A DNA stretch of 64,000 nucleotides from the human T2T-CHM13v2.0 reference genome, Homo sapiens: assembly GCF_009914755.1 (NCBI RefSeq), contig NC_060929.1, one strand, 5' to 3'. How positions within the stretch are numbered: the stretch's first letter is position 1; every line of letters starts with the position of its first letter. Made by a program: the position numbers and the translations under genes. This document shows, in pieces, positions 58,670 to 64,000 of this stretch. The notes below the pieces were generated by a model that worked only from the letters and a program-made list of their open reading frames with translations, did not search any database and was not told where the DNA came from.

Positions 58670-60770
58670 AGACGGAGTCTTGCTCTGTCGCCCAGGCTGG
58701 AGTGCAGTGGCGTGATCTTGGCTCACTGCAACCTCTGCCTCCCGGGTTCAAGTGATTTTCTGCCTCAGCTTCCCAAGCAGCTGGGGTTACAGGCATGCAC
58801 CACCATGCCTGGCTAATATTTTTGTATTTTTAGTAAGGATGGGGTTTCACCATGTTGGCCAGGCTGGTCTCGAACTCCTGACCTCAAGTGATTCACCCAC
58901 CTCGACCTCCCAAAGTGCTAGGTTTACAGGCGTGAGCCACTGCTCCCGGCAAGTTTGGAACTTCTTAGAGACTAGATAAGTGGTTGTGACCAAAATGCTG
59001 ATGGTGATAGGGACAGTGAAGTCCAGGTTGACAAGGTCTCAAAAGGAAACGAATTTATTGGGAACTGGAGCAAAAGTCACACGTTATGCCTTAGCAAATA
59101 ACTTGGCTGCATTCTGCTTGTGTCCTAGGGATCTGTGGAAGTTTGAACTTAAAAACTATGACCTAGCGTATGTGGCAGAAGAAATTTCTAAGCAGCAAAG
59201 CATTCAAGATGTGGCCTTCTGCTACTAACAGCCTGTGCTCAGATGTGGGGGCAAATGAATGACTTAAATTTGGAACTTACATTTAAACAGGAAGCAGAGC
59301 CTAAAAGTTGGGAAATTTTGCAGCCTAGCCAGGTGGTAAAAAAAAAAACCATTTTCTCCAAGGAATTCAAGCAGGCTGTGGAGCAACCACTTGCTGATAT
59401 TTGCATAACTGAAAGGGATCCAAGTGGTAATATCCAAGACAATGGGGAAAAGGCCTCAAAGGCATTTCAGAGACCTATGGGGCAGCCCCTCCTGTCATAG
59501 GCCCTGAAGCCAAGGAAGACTGAATATTTTCCTGGGCTGAGCCCAGGGCCCTGTTGCCCTGTGCAGCCTCAGAACACTGCTCCCTGCATCCAGATGGCTC
59601 CAACTCCAGCAGGGGCTCAAAGGGGCCTAGGTACAGCTTGGGCTGTTACTTTGGAGGGCATAAGCCATAGCCTTCACAGCTTCCATTAGGTGGTAAGCCT
59701 GCAGGCACACAGAATGCAAAAATGGTGAATTCTTGGTAGCCTCTGCCTGGATTTCAGAGGATGTATGGAAAAGCCTGGGTGTCCAAGCAGAACCCTGCTG
59801 CAGGAGCAGAGCCCTCACAGAGAGCCTCTACTAGGGCAGCGTGGAGGGGAAATGTGGGGTTAAAGGCCCCACGCAGAGTCCCTACTGGGGCACTGCCTAG
59901 TGGAGCTGTGAGAAGAGGGCTACTGTTCTCCAGAATGGTAGAGCCACTGGCAGCTTGTACCCTGCACTTGGAAAAGCCACAGACACTCAACCCAGCCTGT
60001 GACAGCAGGCTGAACTCTGCAAAGCTATAGGAGCAGAGCTGCCCAAGGCCTTGGGAGCCCAACCCTCATATCAGCGTGCCACATGGAAACCAAGGAGATC
60101 ATTGTGGAGTTTCATGATTTAATGACTGCCATGCTGGGTTTTGAACTTGCATGGGGCCTATAGCCCCCTTTTTTGGCAGGTTTTTCCCTAATGGGAATAT
60201 TTCCCCAATCCCTGAACCCTGATTGTATGTTGGAAGTAAATAATTTGTTTTTTATTTTATAGGCTCATAGGTGGCAGGGATTTGCCTTGTCTCAGATGAG
60301 ACTTTGGATTCCTGAGTTAATGCTGGAATGAGTTAAGACTTTGCGGCACTGTTGGGAAGGCATGGTTGTATTTTGCATTGTGAAAAGGACATAAGATTTG
60401 GGAGGGGCCAGAGGTGGAATGATGTGGTTTGGATATTTATCTCTACTTATGTTGAATTTTATCCCGAGTGTTGGAGATGGGGCATGGTGGGAGGTGTTTG
60501 GATCATGGGGGCAGATCCCTCATGGCTTGGTGTTACCTTTGTGTTGCTACTGAGTTCTCGTGAGATCTGGTCATTTAAAAGTGTATGAAACCTGCCCCCT
60601 GCCCCCGCACTGTCTCTCACTTGTTTCTGCTTTCATCATGTGACATGTGTGCTCACCTTCTGCCATGATTTTAGTTTCCTGAGGCCTCCCTAAAAGCCGA
60701 GCAGATGCCAGCACCATGCTTCCTGTAAAGCCTGCAGAACCGTGAGTCAACTAAACCTCTTTTCTTTATG
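58280..60770 (+). mobile_element. MST-type MaLR provirus remnant: partial LTR, internal region, LTR
   Basis: LTR 3' end ...CCAATACA (58496) is followed by the MaLR internal start GAAAATTGGTACC. The internal region ends GGGAGGGGCCAGAGGTGGAA and a second LTR starts TGATGTGGTTTGG at 60420. An Alu is inserted at about 58640-58950. Confidence 0.85.
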
Positions 60771-61187
60771 AAAGAAAAGGAAGGAAGGGAGAGAGGGAAG
60801 GAGAAAAAGAGAGAGGGAGAGATGGATGGAGGAAGGGAGGGAGGGCTTACAACCATGAGGACAGTTTTTAGGTCAATGAGGGATGACTTGGGAGTCCTAT
60901 GAAGACTGATGTAAACTAGAATAAAGGGCATGATGAGCTTATGATTCAAAAGTATTTTGTCATAGAAATAGTTTGTTTTCTGTAAAAGAACACAGTAAAT
61001 ATTTTAGCTTTGTAGGCCACTGAGTCTCTGTTGCTTTAAAAAATGTGAAAACCATTCTTAGCTTGAGGGCTGGACAGTCCAGGGCCATACTTTACTGACC
61101 GCTGCTTGAACTAAACGCTGTTAGAAGCAGCTCTGGAAAAATAATTTGCATGGAATCTTATGATTTTTTTTTTTTTTTTTTTTTTGA

Positions 61188-61483
<296 letters not shown>

Positions 61484-62368
61484 TAATAGTATGCACACAT
61501 GGGACAAAACTCAACTGGTATAAAAGGGTATGCAGGAGAAAAAAAGCAAACTTCCCTCTCTCCCTTTTCTGTCCACCAGCCATCCTGTTCTCCTCCCTAA
61601 ACTCAATTATGGTTGCCTGTTTTTTATATAAGTTTTCCATGAATTTATAAATACATCACGTGCATATATCCTGTCAGTCAATATTAAGAAATTACTAGGT
61701 TATTTTGTGTTTATGTGTGCACTATTAGATTTAATGAGTTATGCTAGTTGTTGCCTCTTATATCCACATTCAGTCTTCATTGTCTGTTCTGTAATAATAG
61801 ATCTGGGCCCTGTAAATACCTCTCCCATGACAGTAAGCACAGAGTGAAACTTTGTCAATCGAGGGTGCTGCTGACACACTGAAGGGGCAAGGGCTGCTTT
61901 TCCTGGTTCCATTGTGCTCCTCTAGGCAGACACCTGCAACACCTGTGCCATCTGCAATACCAGCTCCTGTAGCACATACACTCTGCCTCTGCAGCACCTC
62001 GTTCTGGCTGCACACTTCTTGGGCGGTGCCTAACTTCAGCAGCACCCAATGGTCAGCAGCGCACAGTACCCCCACATGAATGGCTTCCCTTGACATGCAC
62101 AAGGTCCCTTCTCTGCAAAGTGCCCCAAGCCCAGCACCTTCTCCAGCTGCAACTCCACAGCCTCAGCAAACCTCTGTCTTTCACAGCTGTGTCCTCTCAC
62201 ACGAAGTCTGGATCTCAGCCCGGATCTCAGCCCTGAGCTTTCTTCTTTGAGTTGTTCTGTCTCAGCCTGGGGTGAAAAGCCCATATCGGCTGTTCCCTGC
62301 ATCTGCCCAGGCTTCTCTTTATTCCTTACTACCCAATCCCCATTCCAATCCTCTGTTAATAACTCTTA

Positions 62369-63111
<743 letters not shown>

Positions 63112-63244
63112 TGACTGGATTCTGATATAATGCTTAACAACCTTTCTAATTACAAAGGTATTACATATAAAATCAGACAAGCAAGAAGACAATCCATCCC
63201 ACCTTCTAGTACTCTTGCCCTCCAGAGGTAGCTCCAGTTAATAT

Positions 63245-64000
<756 letters not shown>

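Noticed and set aside
58980-60062. Cluster of non-Alu ORFs of 60-100 aa
   Set aside because: They lie in decayed MaLR internal sequence with no continuous frame.
61770-62360. GC-richer stretch with several overlapping ORFs and a GGATCTCAGCCC doublet
   Set aside because: No recognisable protein or exon structure. It looks like an old LTR-type repeat, but I cannot name it without a database search.

Overview
This is human genomic DNA from the 5q13 spinal muscular atrophy segmental duplication, on the + strand. It contains both alternative last exons of SERF1 (short at 2508, long at 11734) and the complete SMN gene: exons 1, 2a, 2b, 3-8, with an 885-nt CDS encoding 294 aa and all GT-AG junctions read directly. 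Every paralog-diagnostic base I checked (c.835-44G, c.840C, intron 7 +100A and +215A, c.*239G) is the SMN1 allele. The extreme right end may hold the 3' end of NAIP (low confidence). The rest is very Alu-dense, with a 5'-inverted L1PA, several ERV1/MaLR LTRs and two Tigger-type DNA transposons. Almost all ORFs in the supplied track are Alu or L1 artefacts. The locus is heavily studied, so I do not claim a wholly new system. The strongest less-obvious observations are: (1) a TOMM5 retrocopy nested inside a split Alu and itself interrupted by an AluY, lying in the probable SERF1-long 3'UTR and keeping a 35-codon tail-anchor ORF; (2) a SERF1-long terminal exon built almost entirely from transposons; (3) a 445-nt intron 7 with an apparent extra A inside ISS-N2; (4) a candidate G-quadruplex overlapping an SMN1/SMN2 difference and a candidate intron-7 poly(A) signal. 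Repeat family names and literature comparisons are from recall and were not computed.
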